Assembly (NCBI GenBank): GCA_016872285.1
Contig: VGZZ01000009.1
Span: forward strand, 820 to 64,819
Source: SAR202 cluster bacterium
GTDB taxonomy: Bacteria; Chloroflexota; Dehalococcoidia; Lucifugimonadales; GCA-2712585
Direction: 5' to 3'
DNA length: 64,000 nt
In this document: positions 26,514 through 36,323 of the stretch, piece by piece
Layout of the letters: each line of letters starts with the position of its first letter
Numbering within the stretch: position 1 is the first letter of the stretch
Notes under the pieces: generated by a model
What the model was told of the DNA's origin: nothing
The model's database searches: none
What the model saw: only the letters and a program-made list of their open reading frames with translations
Position numbers and translations under genes: made by a program

Positions 26514-27627
26514 AGGTCAGGACCCGCTTGGGGTTCTCCACCATCATTTTATGGATATGCTTTTCGCTGACGCCGACGCTCCGCAGATATGGGAGGAACT
26601 TTTCGAGGACGAAGGAGTAGCCGGTGCCGCCGTAGGCCTTGAGCTGAATCTTTGTACACACGTCCTGGGAGAGCAGGATTTTGTCTTCGAAGCCCTCGTC
26701 GATAAGCCTGGGGATGCACTCGGAGACCAGGACATCGTTGGCGACGTCGGGGCCTTTGGGGTTGTAGCCAGGGGGGTCGGGCTTGCGGGCAACGGGGGCG
26801 ACGACGCGGCCCAGGGTATCGAACTGGACGTAGCAGCCCATGTTAAGCAGCTCCAGCAGGAGGTCGATTTCGGCGGCGTAGGAGTTGCAGTGGCCGAAGA
26901 TAACGCGCTGGAGGTCGGCGCCCTCTTCGGCGAACATACGGGCCACCTTGGGCTTCTCCCAGTTGAAGCCGCCGCTGTGGAGGCTGATGGCGGCGCCGGT
27001 GGCGCGGCTGGCCCAGGCGGCGGAGCGGATGAGCTTCTCTTCGTTGGGAGTTATGGGGTTGCCGTCCAGTCCGACTTCGCCGATGATGCCGGGGCGGATT
27101 CCGGTATCGTCCACACCTTCAACCAGATCTTTGATGTTCTGCTCGGCAATCTCTTCGGCGGTGAGCTTGTCCATGAAAGGAGGATGGAAGGACTTTTTGT
27201 ACCAGTTGGAGCCCATGACCACGTTCAGGCCGGTGGCGTTGGACACTTTGAGGAGGGCGATGGGGTCACGGCCCAGGCCGATGCTGGTGACATCGACAAC
27301 GGTGTCGCCGCCGAGGTGGCGGAAGTCAGCGACTTCTCGGATGGCGAGGTCTATATCGGTCAGGAGGAAGTTATCTTTGATGGGCTTGCGGTCACGGGCC
27401 AGGTGGAGGTTCTCGAGGGTCAGCTTTTCGTCCCAGTGGCAGGCCTCGGTGGCGGGGGCGTTGAAGGCGGGCTTCTTGTCGTGCCAGAAGTCGATGAAGA
27501 TGTGCTCGTGCATAATGGTGGCGCCGAGTTTGGCGGGGTCGATGACGCCGTTTACGGATATGGCCTTGCCGGCCATGTTAGGGATTTTGCGGGGGGTGAG
27601 TTTTTTTCCGTTTGCGCGCTTAGCCAT
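26497..27627 (-). CDS. Phosphotriesterase-family (PTE/PHP) metal hydrolase
   Basis: 376 aa: ATIMHEHIFIDF (HxH), SLHSGG, IFGHCN and LLSQDV. Confidence 0.8.
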   Translation of the reverse strand: MAKRANGKKLTPRKIPNMAGKAISVNGVIDPAKLGATIMHEHIFIDFWHDKKPAFNAPATEACHWDEKLTLENLHLARDRKPIKDNFLLTDIDLAIREVADFRHLGGDTVVDVTSIGLGRDPIALLKVSNATGLNVVMGSNWYKKSFHPPFMDKLTAEEIAEQNIKDLVEGVDDTGIRPGIIGEVGLDGNPITPNEEKLIRSAAWASRATGAAISLHSGGFNWEKPKVARMFAEEGADLQRVIFGHCNSYAAEIDLLLELLNMGCYVQFDTLGRVVAPVARKPDPPGYNPKGPDVANDVLVSECIPRLIDEGFEDKILLSQDVCTKIQLKAYGGTGYSFVLEKFLPYLRSVGVSEKHIHKMMVENPKRVLTFVEPG

Positions 27628-27704
27628 GGGGCCTCCTAAATGTCACTTCTTGTTAACTATAGAACCGATTGAGTATGGCATCTCCAACTAAGCACCACAC
27701 TTTC

Positions 27705-27825
27705 CTCATTCGGGTCCACCATCCCCTTTATCCCCTTCCTCTTCGGGAAGGGGAAGGAAAAATAAGGAACCACAACCCCCTTTAACTCCCCCTTCGCCTT
27801 CCAGGCCGAAGGGGGAGAACCAGAA
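27705..27825 (+). repeat. Mosaic intergenic repeat, copy H
   Basis: ctcattcgggtccaccatcccctttatccccttcc-tcttcg-ggaaggggaagg..ccacaaccccc..ctcccccttcgccttccaggccgaagggggagaacc. Confidence 0.8.
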
Positions 27826-27884
27826 TAGGAGTGGGCATGGGATTCCTCTGTCACCACTTTGTACAAAATGAGACGGTTAAATAA

Positions 27885-29129
27885 CTACTTAGCCTTGATC
27901 CCGCCCTTGAAGACGGCGGCGACTTTTCGCAGGTCTTTTATCTCCTTGAGGGGGTTGCCGTCTACAACCAGGATGTCGGCCTCTTTGCCGGCTTCCAGCG
28001 TGCCGACGAGCCGGTCCATGCCGATGGACTTGGCGGATTCGCGGGTGGCGGAAAGGACGGCGTCCATGTTGCTCAAGCCAAGACCCGCCATGTCTTCTAC
28101 TTCCCACTGGAAGTAGCCCATGGGGTAGTTGCCCCAGCCCGAGTCCGAGCCTGACACCAGCTTGACCCCCATCTCGATGTATCTCCTGCAATAATCCTGT
28201 CGGTTGTGAATGCGCCGCTTGGTGGAATCCAAGAGGGCCACCTCTGGCGGGGTGAGACCCTGGGCCTTCTGCTTGGCCTCCAGGACGGTCACGGTGGAGT
28301 TGCCGACTCGCAGGGTGGGGTTGACCCAAACGCCCTGCTTGGCGATGCGCTCCGCGACTTTGGGGTGGAACTTATAAGTGCCGTCAGGCTCATGGAAGGT
28401 GCCGTGGATAATCATGTTGACGCCAGCATCCAGGGAGTTGACCATGCCCTGGGTGGCTGAGCAGTGGGCACCCACCAGCTTGCCGAAGTTATGGGCTTCG
28501 TAAGTGAGGACACGGAGCTCGTCCACGCTGTAGGAGGGGAGGCTGGAGTAGGAGGAGCGGGTGCCGCCGCCGGTGGTCATAACTTTGATCCAGTCCACGC
28601 CTTCTTTTATCAATCGACGCACGGCTTCGCGCACACCGTCCACGCCGTCGGCCTCGCCGTTCATGGGCCAGCAGTGGCCGCCGGTGATGGTGACGGGCCG
28701 GCCGCTGATGACCATTCGGGGGCCGGGGATGAAGCCGCGCTCGATGCCCTGCTTGAGATACATAGCGGTCATATTCTTGGCGCCGTTGTCCCGGGCGGTG
28801 GTGACGCCGGACTCCAGGTGTTTGCGGGCGTTCCAGGCGGAACGGAGCATTAATATTTCGTCAGGCTCCGCGCAGCCCTCTTCGACGGCGGTGCCGTCGC
28901 CTGGGAGGTTGGTGTGGGTATGGACGTCCACCAGGCCGGGCAGGACTGTCTTACCGGTGTAGTCGAAGGTTTCCACCCGAGCGCCCTCGGGGGCTTCCAG
29001 GTCTTTTTCAGCGCCTACCCATTTAATTTTGGAGCCTTCAACAAGAATTGCGCCGCGCTCTAGGGGTTTGGCCTGTATGGAGTCGATGATTCTCGCGCCT
29101 TTGATGACTTTGAATGCGGCTGGGCTCAT
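27885..29129 (-). CDS. Amidohydrolase-family protein (imidazolonepropionase / Xaa-Pro dipeptidase-like)
   Basis: 414 aa: PGLVDVHTHTNL, GAHCS and SGSDSG. Confidence 0.8.
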   Translation of the reverse strand: MSPAAFKVIKGARIIDSIQAKPLERGAILVEGSKIKWVGAEKDLEAPEGARVETFDYTGKTVLPGLVDVHTHTNLPGDGTAVEEGCAEPDEILMLRSAWNARKHLESGVTTARDNGAKNMTAMYLKQGIERGFIPGPRMVISGRPVTITGGHCWPMNGEADGVDGVREAVRRLIKEGVDWIKVMTTGGGTRSSYSSLPSYSVDELRVLTYEAHNFGKLVGAHCSATQGMVNSLDAGVNMIIHGTFHEPDGTYKFHPKVAERIAKQGVWVNPTLRVGNSTVTVLEAKQKAQGLTPPEVALLDSTKRRIHNRQDYCRRYIEMGVKLVSGSDSGWGNYPMGYFQWEVEDMAGLGLSNMDAVLSATRESAKSIGMDRLVGTLEAGKEADILVVDGNPLKEIKDLRKVAAVFKGGIKAK

Positions 29130-29220
29130 GATGCACCTCCCGAAGTGGACTGGTACTGGAGAACCAAAACGCCCATAACATACCCAGGGAGTGAGTAAAA
29201 TGCAAGGGAGCCCAAGGAAT

Positions 29221-29249
29221 AGGGCCGTCCGCCTACGGGGGACGGCCCT
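29221..29249 (-). terminator. GC-rich hairpin downstream of the binding-protein gene
   Basis: agggccgtcc / ggacggccct forms a 10-bp stem. The U-tract is weak (auuccuu). Confidence 0.4.
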
Positions 29250-29273
29250 ATTGTCAAAGCGTTTCTTTTCTGA

Positions 29274-31133
29274 CTACTTAACCTGGGCCTGAATCCATTC
29301 CAGATATCGAGCGGTGCCGAAGTTGGAGAAGTTGGCCTCATGCTTGGCAATGATGGCGGGGTTGTAGGCAATGGAGGAGAAGACCCACACCAAGGGTATG
29401 CTGAAGCCCTTCTGAAGCCAGGCATCGGCAAACTTTATGGCCGCGGCGTCGCGGGTGGCTATTGTCGTGGCGGAGCGGCAGGCGGTCCAGAGTTCGTCCA
29501 CCTCAGCCCACTCTCGATAACCTAGGCCCAGGGTCCAGACGAAGTTGAAGCTGATGCGATTGCAGATGGGGCTGTATCCGGGTGAGGAGCTGTACATCCA
29601 GTTAGGTGTATCAGCGGCCACAGCTTTGGCGCGGAAGTCGGCGAAGTCGTTGTCCGTTTCCAATCTGGCCGTGACGCCAATGGCGGCGAAGTATTTGACC
29701 ATGGCTTCGCAGTGGCCCGGCCAGTCAGGGATAACGTTGTGGCTGCGCAGGCAGTTGAGGCGGGTTGTGAAGCCGTTGGGATAGCCGGCCTTGGCCAGCA
29801 TGTCCTTGGCCTTGGCCACGTCAAAGGGGTAAGGCCAGCCGCCCTCTTTGCCGGTCTTGCCGTTGGGGCCCGGGACAGGGGCCCATCGGTCCTGCCAGTC
29901 GGTGCGCCAGGTGGGGTATTCGTCCACCAAGGGGAAGCCCTCACCATTATAGAAAACCTGGTTGAACTCAGTACGATTAATGGCGTGGTTCAACGCAACT
30001 CGGACTTCCGGCTTACGCAAGGGGTCGTTGGGGTCGTAGCCCTTACGAGCGCCGCAGGCAGACTGCCCTTGGGGCGGCTTGCCGTCCACGCAGTACCATT
30101 CAGGGCGGTAGTGGATGAAGGTAACGCCCTGGTTCACGCTGGGCAGGGTGCTCTTCTGAATTCTAAAGCCGCCTTGAAGAATCTTGGCCCGCTGGTCCTG
30201 CACCAGGGGTATCATGTCGGCTTCTTTGGCGAAGAGCATGGCCACACGAGTGGCGGCTTCTGCTATCTGGAACATCTGAACTTCTTCAAAGTCGGGAGTT
30301 TTGCGCCAATGGTTGGCGACCCGCTTGTGGAGGTAGTACTGGTTTATCTGGCGTTCCACGAAGGTGAAGGGGCCGGTGCCGATGGGGTCGGCCTGGTAAC
30401 CTTCCTCGCCACCTACGGCGGTCCAGTGGTCTGCGCTAAGAATGCCAGATTCCCATACGTCTGAAACGTTGAAGCCCAAGTCCAGGTTGACATTGGGGGA
30501 GGTAAGCACAACGGTGTAGTCATCGGGAGTCGCCCAGTTGGCAGGAAGGCCGAAGAGGCTTTCCCATCGGGCGGGGCTCTGGGAGAGCTTAGTATTAACA
30601 ACACCCTTTTCGCCGATGAGGAGGTCCCAGGATAGGAGGACGTCTTTGGCGCTAAAGGTGTCGTTGGTGGCCTTGCCGTCCTTGTAGAAGGGGACGTTCC
30701 TCTTCAAGTTGAAGGTCCATGTCTTGCCGTCAGCGGCGACGGACCATTTTTCCGCCAGCTCGGGTATCTCTTCGTTGCTCTTGATATCATGGCCGATGAG
30801 ATGCTCGTAGGCGGGCATCTTGGACCAGGTGACCTGGTTTCCAGCGTAGGGCACGGTGTACTGGTGGGCGTCCGGCGAGTTGACTATTCGCAGCCTTGCC
30901 TGCACGGGAACTCTGGCCGCGGCAGTGGGTGTCCTAGCGGCGGTAGCAGTGGGAGAGGGTGTTGTCCCCGATCCAGTAGTGGCGGTGGGAGATGGAGTAA
31001 CCCCTGGCCTGGTGGTGGCTGTGGGTGTCTCGTCATCGCCGCAGGCGGCGATGGTGAAAAGGGCTGCCAGGATAGCGATCAGGAACCAGGGAATTATAAA
31101 ACGAGGCCTACCTGGACTCCGAAGGGAACTCAA
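29274..31133 (-). CDS. ABC transporter substrate-binding lipoprotein, family 5 (peptide/nickel type)
   Basis: 619 aa with lipobox TIAAC, a Thr/Pro-rich linker and family-5 SBP length and features. No permease or ATPase gene is nearby. Confidence 0.75.
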   Translation of the reverse strand: MSSLRSPGRPRFIIPWFLIAILAALFTIAACGDDETPTATTRPGVTPSPTATTGSGTTPSPTATAARTPTAAARVPVQARLRIVNSPDAHQYTVPYAGNQVTWSKMPAYEHLIGHDIKSNEEIPELAEKWSVAADGKTWTFNLKRNVPFYKDGKATNDTFSAKDVLLSWDLLIGEKGVVNTKLSQSPARWESLFGLPANWATPDDYTVVLTSPNVNLDLGFNVSDVWESGILSADHWTAVGGEEGYQADPIGTGPFTFVERQINQYYLHKRVANHWRKTPDFEEVQMFQIAEAATRVAMLFAKEADMIPLVQDQRAKILQGGFRIQKSTLPSVNQGVTFIHYRPEWYCVDGKPPQGQSACGARKGYDPNDPLRKPEVRVALNHAINRTEFNQVFYNGEGFPLVDEYPTWRTDWQDRWAPVPGPNGKTGKEGGWPYPFDVAKAKDMLAKAGYPNGFTTRLNCLRSHNVIPDWPGHCEAMVKYFAAIGVTARLETDNDFADFRAKAVAADTPNWMYSSSPGYSPICNRISFNFVWTLGLGYREWAEVDELWTACRSATTIATRDAAAIKFADAWLQKGFSIPLVWVFSSIAYNPAIIAKHEANFSNFGTARYLEWIQAQVK

Positions 31134-31321
31134 ATTGCACCTCCTAAGTTAATGTATCTGAGGCAGAGGGTGATGAGCGCAAAAGCTACTACGAAGCGCA
31201 AACTACTACCATTCGTATCAAAAGTCAACCAGACACTAGCTAAATAACGTGACAGTAGGTTTGTGATGGCTTTAAATCAGATTTAAGCACCAATTTGACG
31301 AATAAGGACATATTTTAGCCA

Positions 31322-31888
31322 TCAGAAAGCGCGAATCGGCGTATACAAGGCGGGCTTCATATTAACGGAGTATTTAAGGGTCACGGTAAGAGCTTCCAGA
31401 GGGAAACTGTTTAAGAGAACAACCTTGTGTTCTCCGCTGGAAGCGACGGTTACTTCCAGGGAGCCGCTGGACTTGTCGCTCTGGTTCGCAAGCTCATTGC
31501 CGTCAACGTCCAGGACGGCAATCCGGATAGCGCGCTCCTGGGCGGCGGTGCCGCCGAACCCGGGGCTGACGCGGACCTCGGCTTTGTATTCAACTTTCAG
31601 GATATCCCCTTCTTTAAGGGTTAGCGGCACCTCCTCAAATCGGCCAGCACCAACAAATATTCTTTCCTCTTTCGAGAGCGATGTCGAATCCGAATTCGAG
31701 CCTGTGCCGGAGGGGGCGTTGGTGGCAGCACCGGCGGTTGGAGTGGAGGCCGGGCTATCACCACAGGCGACCGAGAGAAGGGAAGCAAGAAGGAGGGCGG
31801 GTAGGAAGGCGTTACGAATGAGAATAGCGAGGCGTGGATGAAGGTGAGGAGTCCTGGCAAACCTCTGGGTGGGCTTGGCTTCGCCCAT
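31322..31888 (-). CDS. Hypothetical lipoprotein
   Basis: 188 aa with lipobox LSVAC. I recognise no family. Confidence 0.5.
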   Translation of the reverse strand: MGEAKPTQRFARTPHLHPRLAILIRNAFLPALLLASLLSVACGDSPASTPTAGAATNAPSGTGSNSDSTSLSKEERIFVGAGRFEEVPLTLKEGDILKVEYKAEVRVSPGFGGTAAQERAIRIAVLDVDGNELANQSDKSSGSLEVTVASSGEHKVVLLNSFPLEALTVTLKYSVNMKPALYTPIRAF

Positions 31889-31940
31889 AATTCACCTCAT
31901 AGGGAGAATCGGGAAGAGGCCTGGTCACCAGAAAACTAGA

Positions 31941-32017
31941 TGGTGGGCGATAGAGGACTCGAACCTCTGACCTTCGCGATGTCAACGCGATGCTCTAACC
32001 ATCTGAGCTAACCGCCC
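31941..32017 (-). tRNA. tRNA-Val (anticodon GAC), CCA encoded
   Basis: The minus strand reads GGGCGGTTAGCTCAGATGGTTAGAGCATCGCGTTGACATCGCGAAGGTCAGAGGTTCGAGTCCTCTATCGCCCACCA. The cloverleaf folds by hand and the anticodon loop is TTGACAT. Confidence 0.95.
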
Positions 32018-32097
32018 GTACTGGTAAGTGTGCCAGCTATCTAATTTGGCGTCAAGACGCGTTTAGGTGTTATTGGCTTTGGACACAGCCAATGAGA

Positions 32098-32124
32098 AGG
32101 GGCCATTCGACTTGCATGGCCCCT
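32098..32124 (-). terminator. Hairpin downstream of rpoC
   Basis: aggggccat / atggcccct forms a 9-bp stem about 20 nt after the rpoC stop. The U-tract is modest. Confidence 0.45.
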
Positions 32125-32144
32125 ATGGTTATCTATTGCTAAGG

Positions 32145-35100
32145 CTACTTGTCTTCGGCCTCAGCCTCTTCCGATTCTTCCTCCGAATCCTCATCCGTGT
32201 CCACTGACTCGTCATCCAAATCGTCGTCGGAATCGGCCTCGATCTCATCTTCGTCATCGATGAGGCTGGCCTTGGGCTCCTGGCCGTTGCTGGACTCATC
32301 GTGGCCGTTGGTGAAGCGGGAGGCAAGCTCCTCTACCATGGCGCTGCTGAGCATCTCGCTCTCGGCGCCGGGGAGGGCCAGGCCTTCCGTACCAAAGGGC
32401 TCGCTGACTGGGGGCAGGGCGGTCTGGGACCGGGCGGGAATGAGGCGTCCGATGATGACGTTCTCTTTCAGGCCCTGGAGATGGTCGACGGCGCCGCTGG
32501 CCGCAGCCTCGGTCAGGACTCTAGTCGTCTCCTGGAAGGAGGCGGCGGCCAGGAAGCTCTCGGTAAGCAGGGACGAGCGGGTGACGCCCAGGAGGCCGGG
32601 GCGGGCGGTGGCAGGCTCGCCGCCCTCAGCGAGAACTTGGGCGTTTTTGGCCTGGAAGTCGAAGATGTCAACGGTGGCGCCGGGGATGTATTCGGTGTCG
32701 CCTGGGGTGTCCACCTGGACCCGGCGGAGCATCTGCCGGACAACGACTTCGATGTGGCGGTCATGGATAGTGACGCCCTGGGAGCGGTAGACCTTCTGGA
32801 CCTCCACGGCCAGGTAGCGTTCTACTTCCTCTTTGCCTTTGATGCGGAGAATCTCGTGGGGGTTGAGGGGGCCGGCGGTGAGGGCATCGCCAGCTTTGAC
32901 CTGGTCGCCGTCCTTAGCTAAGAGAACGGCGGAAGCGGGCACCATGTACTCGCGTTCCTCTATATCGGCCCACACGACGGAGATGTTCTTGCCTTTGATT
33001 TCCACGAGACCGCTGACGTTAGCCACGATGGGCTTGGCAGGTTCCTTGGGCTCCTTCTTGGTGGCTACGGGCGCAGCTAGGGTGTCGCCGGCCTGGACTT
33101 CCTGGCCGTCGGATACCACTAGCTCCAAGCCTTTAGTCAGCGAATAGTCTTCCTGGTACTCTTCCTTGCTGACAACGCGAAGCCTTCGACCCTCGGTCTC
33201 ATCCTTAACTTCCAGGATGCCATCGATATCCGAAAGGACGGCGGCGCCCTTAGGTATGCGGGCCTCGAATATTTCTTCAACCCTGGGGAGGCCGCTGGTG
33301 ATGTCCACGCCGGCGATACCGCCAGTATGGAAGGTCCTCATGGTCAACTGAGTACCGGGCTCCCCGATGCTCTGGGCGGCGATGATGCCTACAGCGTCGC
33401 CCATCTTCACCAGCCGGCCGGTGGCGGGGCTGCGGCCGTAGCACATGCGGCACAGGCCACGATGGGCCTGGCAGGTGAGGGGCGAGCGGACGTGGATGTG
33501 GGGTATCTCCAGGCCGGCGATTTTCTTCAGCGCCGCTTCATCGATTTCCTGGTCCTTGTCTACAAGGATCTCGCCGGTCTGAGGGTGAACAATGGGCGAC
33601 GCGGCCCTCCGGCCCAGGGCGCGCTCTTCCATGGACGCCACCAGCGGGTCGCTGGCGACGGCGTAGAGCCACACGCCTTCCGTGGTCTCGCAGTCCTCCA
33701 TCAGGATTATTACGTCCTGGCACACGTCGGTCAGGCGGCGGGTGAGGTAACCCGAGTCGGCGGTACGGAGGGCGGTGTCGGCGAGGCCTTTGCGGGCGCC
33801 GTGGGTGGATATGAAGTATTCAAGGGCGGTCAAGCCTTCCCGGAAGCTGGACTTGATGGGAAGGTCGATGATGCGGCCCTTGGGGTTGCTCATGAGGCCG
33901 CGCATGCCGGCCATCTGCTTAATCTGAGCGATGTTACCTTTGGCTCCGGAGGTGGCCATCATGGAGATGCCGCCGAAGCTCTTCATCTCTTCCTTAACGA
34001 TCTGCTCCATGGTGTCGCTGGCTTTTGTCCAGGCGGACACGGTGTGGGAGTACCGCTCCTCCTCGGTCATGAGGCCCTGCATGAAGTCTTCTTCATAAGC
34101 CTTCACCTGACTAATGGCTTCATCGATGACGGCCTTCTTGCGAGGGGAGACCTGGATGTCGTTGATGCCGATGGTAATGCCGGAACTCATGGCGTATTTG
34201 AATCCCAGGGCCTTGATGCGATCCAGCACCTTGGCGGTCTCAGCGTTGCCTAGGACGCGGTAGCATTCCGCCGTGAGGGCTTTGAGGCTGCCCTTGTCCA
34301 TGAGTCGGTTCTTGTATTCGATTTCAGGAGGCAGCACCTCGTTGAAGAGGATGCGGCCTACGGTGGTGTTAAGCCAGCCTTCCTTCTGCTTGGGGTCCCA
34401 GACCTTGACTTCGGCCTGGAGGTCAACGTGGCCGAACTCGTGGGCGAGGCGGGCTTCATCGAAGGAGAGGAAGGACTTGCCGGCGCCTCTGCCGTTGGGC
34501 CGCATGTCGGTTAGATAGAAGCAGCCGAGGACCATGTCCAAGGTGGGGGTCACCAGAGGCTCGCCGGAAGCGGGGGAGAGCATGTTGTGAACACTGAGCA
34601 TGGTCTCCTTGGCTTCGCGGACCGCCATTTGCGACAGGGGGACATGGACAGCCATCTGGTCGCCATCGAAGTCAGCGTTGAAGGCGGGGCAGACCAGAGG
34701 GTGGAGCTGGATGGCGCTGCCTTCGATTAGCACGGGCATGAAGGCCTGGATACCCAGCCGGTGAAGGGTGGGCGCGCGGTTAAGGAGGACGGGCCGCTCC
34801 TTGATGACCTCTTCGAGTATGTCCCACACCTCGCCTCGCGCACGCTCGACCATTCGCTTGGCGCTCTTGATGTTGGGTGCGATGGCCAGCAAGACCAGGC
34901 GGTGCATGACAAAGGGCTTGAAAAGCTCCAGGGCCATGCGCTTGGGCAGGCCGCACTGGTGCAAGTCCAGCTCGGGGCCAGCAACGATGACGGAGCGGCC
35001 TGAATAGTCCACACGCTTGCCCAGGAGGTTCTGACGGAAGCGGCCCTGCTTGCCTCTAAGCAGGTCAGACAGAGACTTGAGCTTGTGGTTATGGCTGCCC

Positions 35101-36299
35101 TGGATGGGCCGGCCTCGCCGACCGTTGTCGATAAGGGCGTCGACGGCCTCCTGCAGCATGCGCTTTTCGTTTCGAATAATAATCTCGGGAGCGCCGAGTT
35201 CCATGAGGCGCTTGAGGCGGTTGTTGCGGTTAATGACGCGGCGGTAGAGGTCGTTGAGGTCGCTGGTGGCAAAGCGTCCGCCGTCCAACTGCACCATAGG
35301 TCGGAGTTCCGGCGGCAGGACGGGCAGGACCTTTAGGACCATCCATTCCGGCTTGTTGCCGCTCTTGCGGAAGGCCTCAACCACACGCAGGCGCTTGATG
35401 GCCTTCTTGCGGCGTTGGCCGGAGGTAGACTGCATCTCCTGCCAAAGCTGCTCGCGGAGGGCTTCCAAGTCGATGCCCTTGAGGATTTCCAGCACGGACT
35501 CGGCGCCCATGCTGGCATGGAAGACGCTGCCGTAGCGCTCCTTGAGCTCGCGATAGCGGCTTTCAGTGACCAGTCGGAGGACGCGCAAGTCATCAAGCTC
35601 ATCAACGCGGGCTTCGTATTCGATTTCGACCTGGGCGATCTCCTCGTCGAGGGTGTCCCTGACCTGGTCCACCTGCTTCTTGATATCTTTAGGAAGGTCC
35701 AGAGGCTCGCCGTCATCAGCTTCTGAAGCGGTGATTTCCTCCTCGGTCTTGCCTGTGATCTGGACAAGCTGGGCCATAGCGGCGTCCTTGAGCTTTTTGA
35801 CCTCAGCATCAAACTTCTCTTTCTCCGAGTTGAGGGCCTGGGTGCGGGCCTCCTCATCGACGGAGATGATCACATGCTGGGCGAAATACAGAATGCGCTC
35901 CAGGTTCCTGGGCGAGAGGTCCAGCAGGAGGCCAAGCCGGCTGGGCGTGCCCTTGCTGAACCAGATGTGGGCCACGGGAGCGGCGAGTTCAATGTGACCC
36001 ATACGCTCACGGCGGACCCGGGAGCGGGTGACTTCCACGCCGCAGCGGTCGCAGATGACGCCGCGGTAGCGGACGCGCTTGTACTTACCGCAGAAGCATT
36101 CCCAGTCCTTGGTGGGGCCGAAGATGCGTTCGCAGAAGAGGCCGTCTTTCTCAGGCCTCAGGGTGCGATAGTTGATAGTCTCCGGCTTGGTGACCTCGCC
36201 GTGGGACCAGCTGCGAATCTGTTCAGGCGAAGCGACAGATATTCGAATGGCGTTAAAACTAGCCGAGTGGACTTCGCTTCTTTCTGCTATGCCTACCAT
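32145..36299 (-). CDS. rpoC: DNA-directed RNA polymerase subunit beta-prime
   Basis: 1384 aa with [12 protein letters not shown]. It has a ~50-aa acidic C-terminal tail. Confidence 0.98.
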   Translation of the reverse strand: MVGIAERSEVHSASFNAIRISVASPEQIRSWSHGEVTKPETINYRTLRPEKDGLFCERIFGPTKDWECFCGKYKRVRYRGVICDRCGVEVTRSRVRRERMGHIELAAPVAHIWFSKGTPSRLGLLLDLSPRNLERILYFAQHVIISVDEEARTQALNSEKEKFDAEVKKLKDAAMAQLVQITGKTEEEITASEADDGEPLDLPKDIKKQVDQVRDTLDEEIAQVEIEYEARVDELDDLRVLRLVTESRYRELKERYGSVFHASMGAESVLEILKGIDLEALREQLWQEMQSTSGQRRKKAIKRLRVVEAFRKSGNKPEWMVLKVLPVLPPELRPMVQLDGGRFATSDLNDLYRRVINRNNRLKRLMELGAPEIIIRNEKRMLQEAVDALIDNGRRGRPIQGSHNHKLKSLSDLLRGKQGRFRQNLLGKRVDYSGRSVIVAGPELDLHQCGLPKRMALELFKPFVMHRLVLLAIAPNIKSAKRMVERARGEVWDILEEVIKERPVLLNRAPTLHRLGIQAFMPVLIEGSAIQLHPLVCPAFNADFDGDQMAVHVPLSQMAVREAKETMLSVHNMLSPASGEPLVTPTLDMVLGCFYLTDMRPNGRGAGKSFLSFDEARLAHEFGHVDLQAEVKVWDPKQKEGWLNTTVGRILFNEVLPPEIEYKNRLMDKGSLKALTAECYRVLGNAETAKVLDRIKALGFKYAMSSGITIGINDIQVSPRKKAVIDEAISQVKAYEEDFMQGLMTEEERYSHTVSAWTKASDTMEQIVKEEMKSFGGISMMATSGAKGNIAQIKQMAGMRGLMSNPKGRIIDLPIKSSFREGLTALEYFISTHGARKGLADTALRTADSGYLTRRLTDVCQDVIILMEDCETTEGVWLYAVASDPLVASMEERALGRRAASPIVHPQTGEILVDKDQEIDEAALKKIAGLEIPHIHVRSPLTCQAHRGLCRMCYGRSPATGRLVKMGDAVGIIAAQSIGEPGTQLTMRTFHTGGIAGVDITSGLPRVEEIFEARIPKGAAVLSDIDGILEVKDETEGRRLRVVSKEEYQEDYSLTKGLELVVSDGQEVQAGDTLAAPVATKKEPKEPAKPIVANVSGLVEIKGKNISVVWADIEEREYMVPASAVLLAKDGDQVKAGDALTAGPLNPHEILRIKGKEEVERYLAVEVQKVYRSQGVTIHDRHIEVVVRQMLRRVQVDTPGDTEYIPGATVDIFDFQAKNAQVLAEGGEPATARPGLLGVTRSSLLTESFLAAASFQETTRVLTEAAASGAVDHLQGLKENVIIGRLIPARSQTALPPVSEPFGTEGLALPGAESEMLSSAMVEELASRFTNGHDESSNGQEPKASLIDDEDEIEADSDDDLDDESVDTDEDSEEESEEAEAEDK

Positions 36300-36323
36300 T
36301 GTTTTTCTCAGTCCTTGTATAAG

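Noticed and set aside
26413-27639. 408-aa plus-strand ORF
   Set aside because: It is antisense to the well-supported phosphotriesterase-family gene. Its composition (G/A/V/D-rich, no motifs) is typical of shadow ORFs in high-GC DNA.
32018-32097. Promoter for tRNA-Val
   Set aside because: A TTGACG -35-like hexamer is present, but I found no convincing -10 at the proper spacing, so I did not call it.
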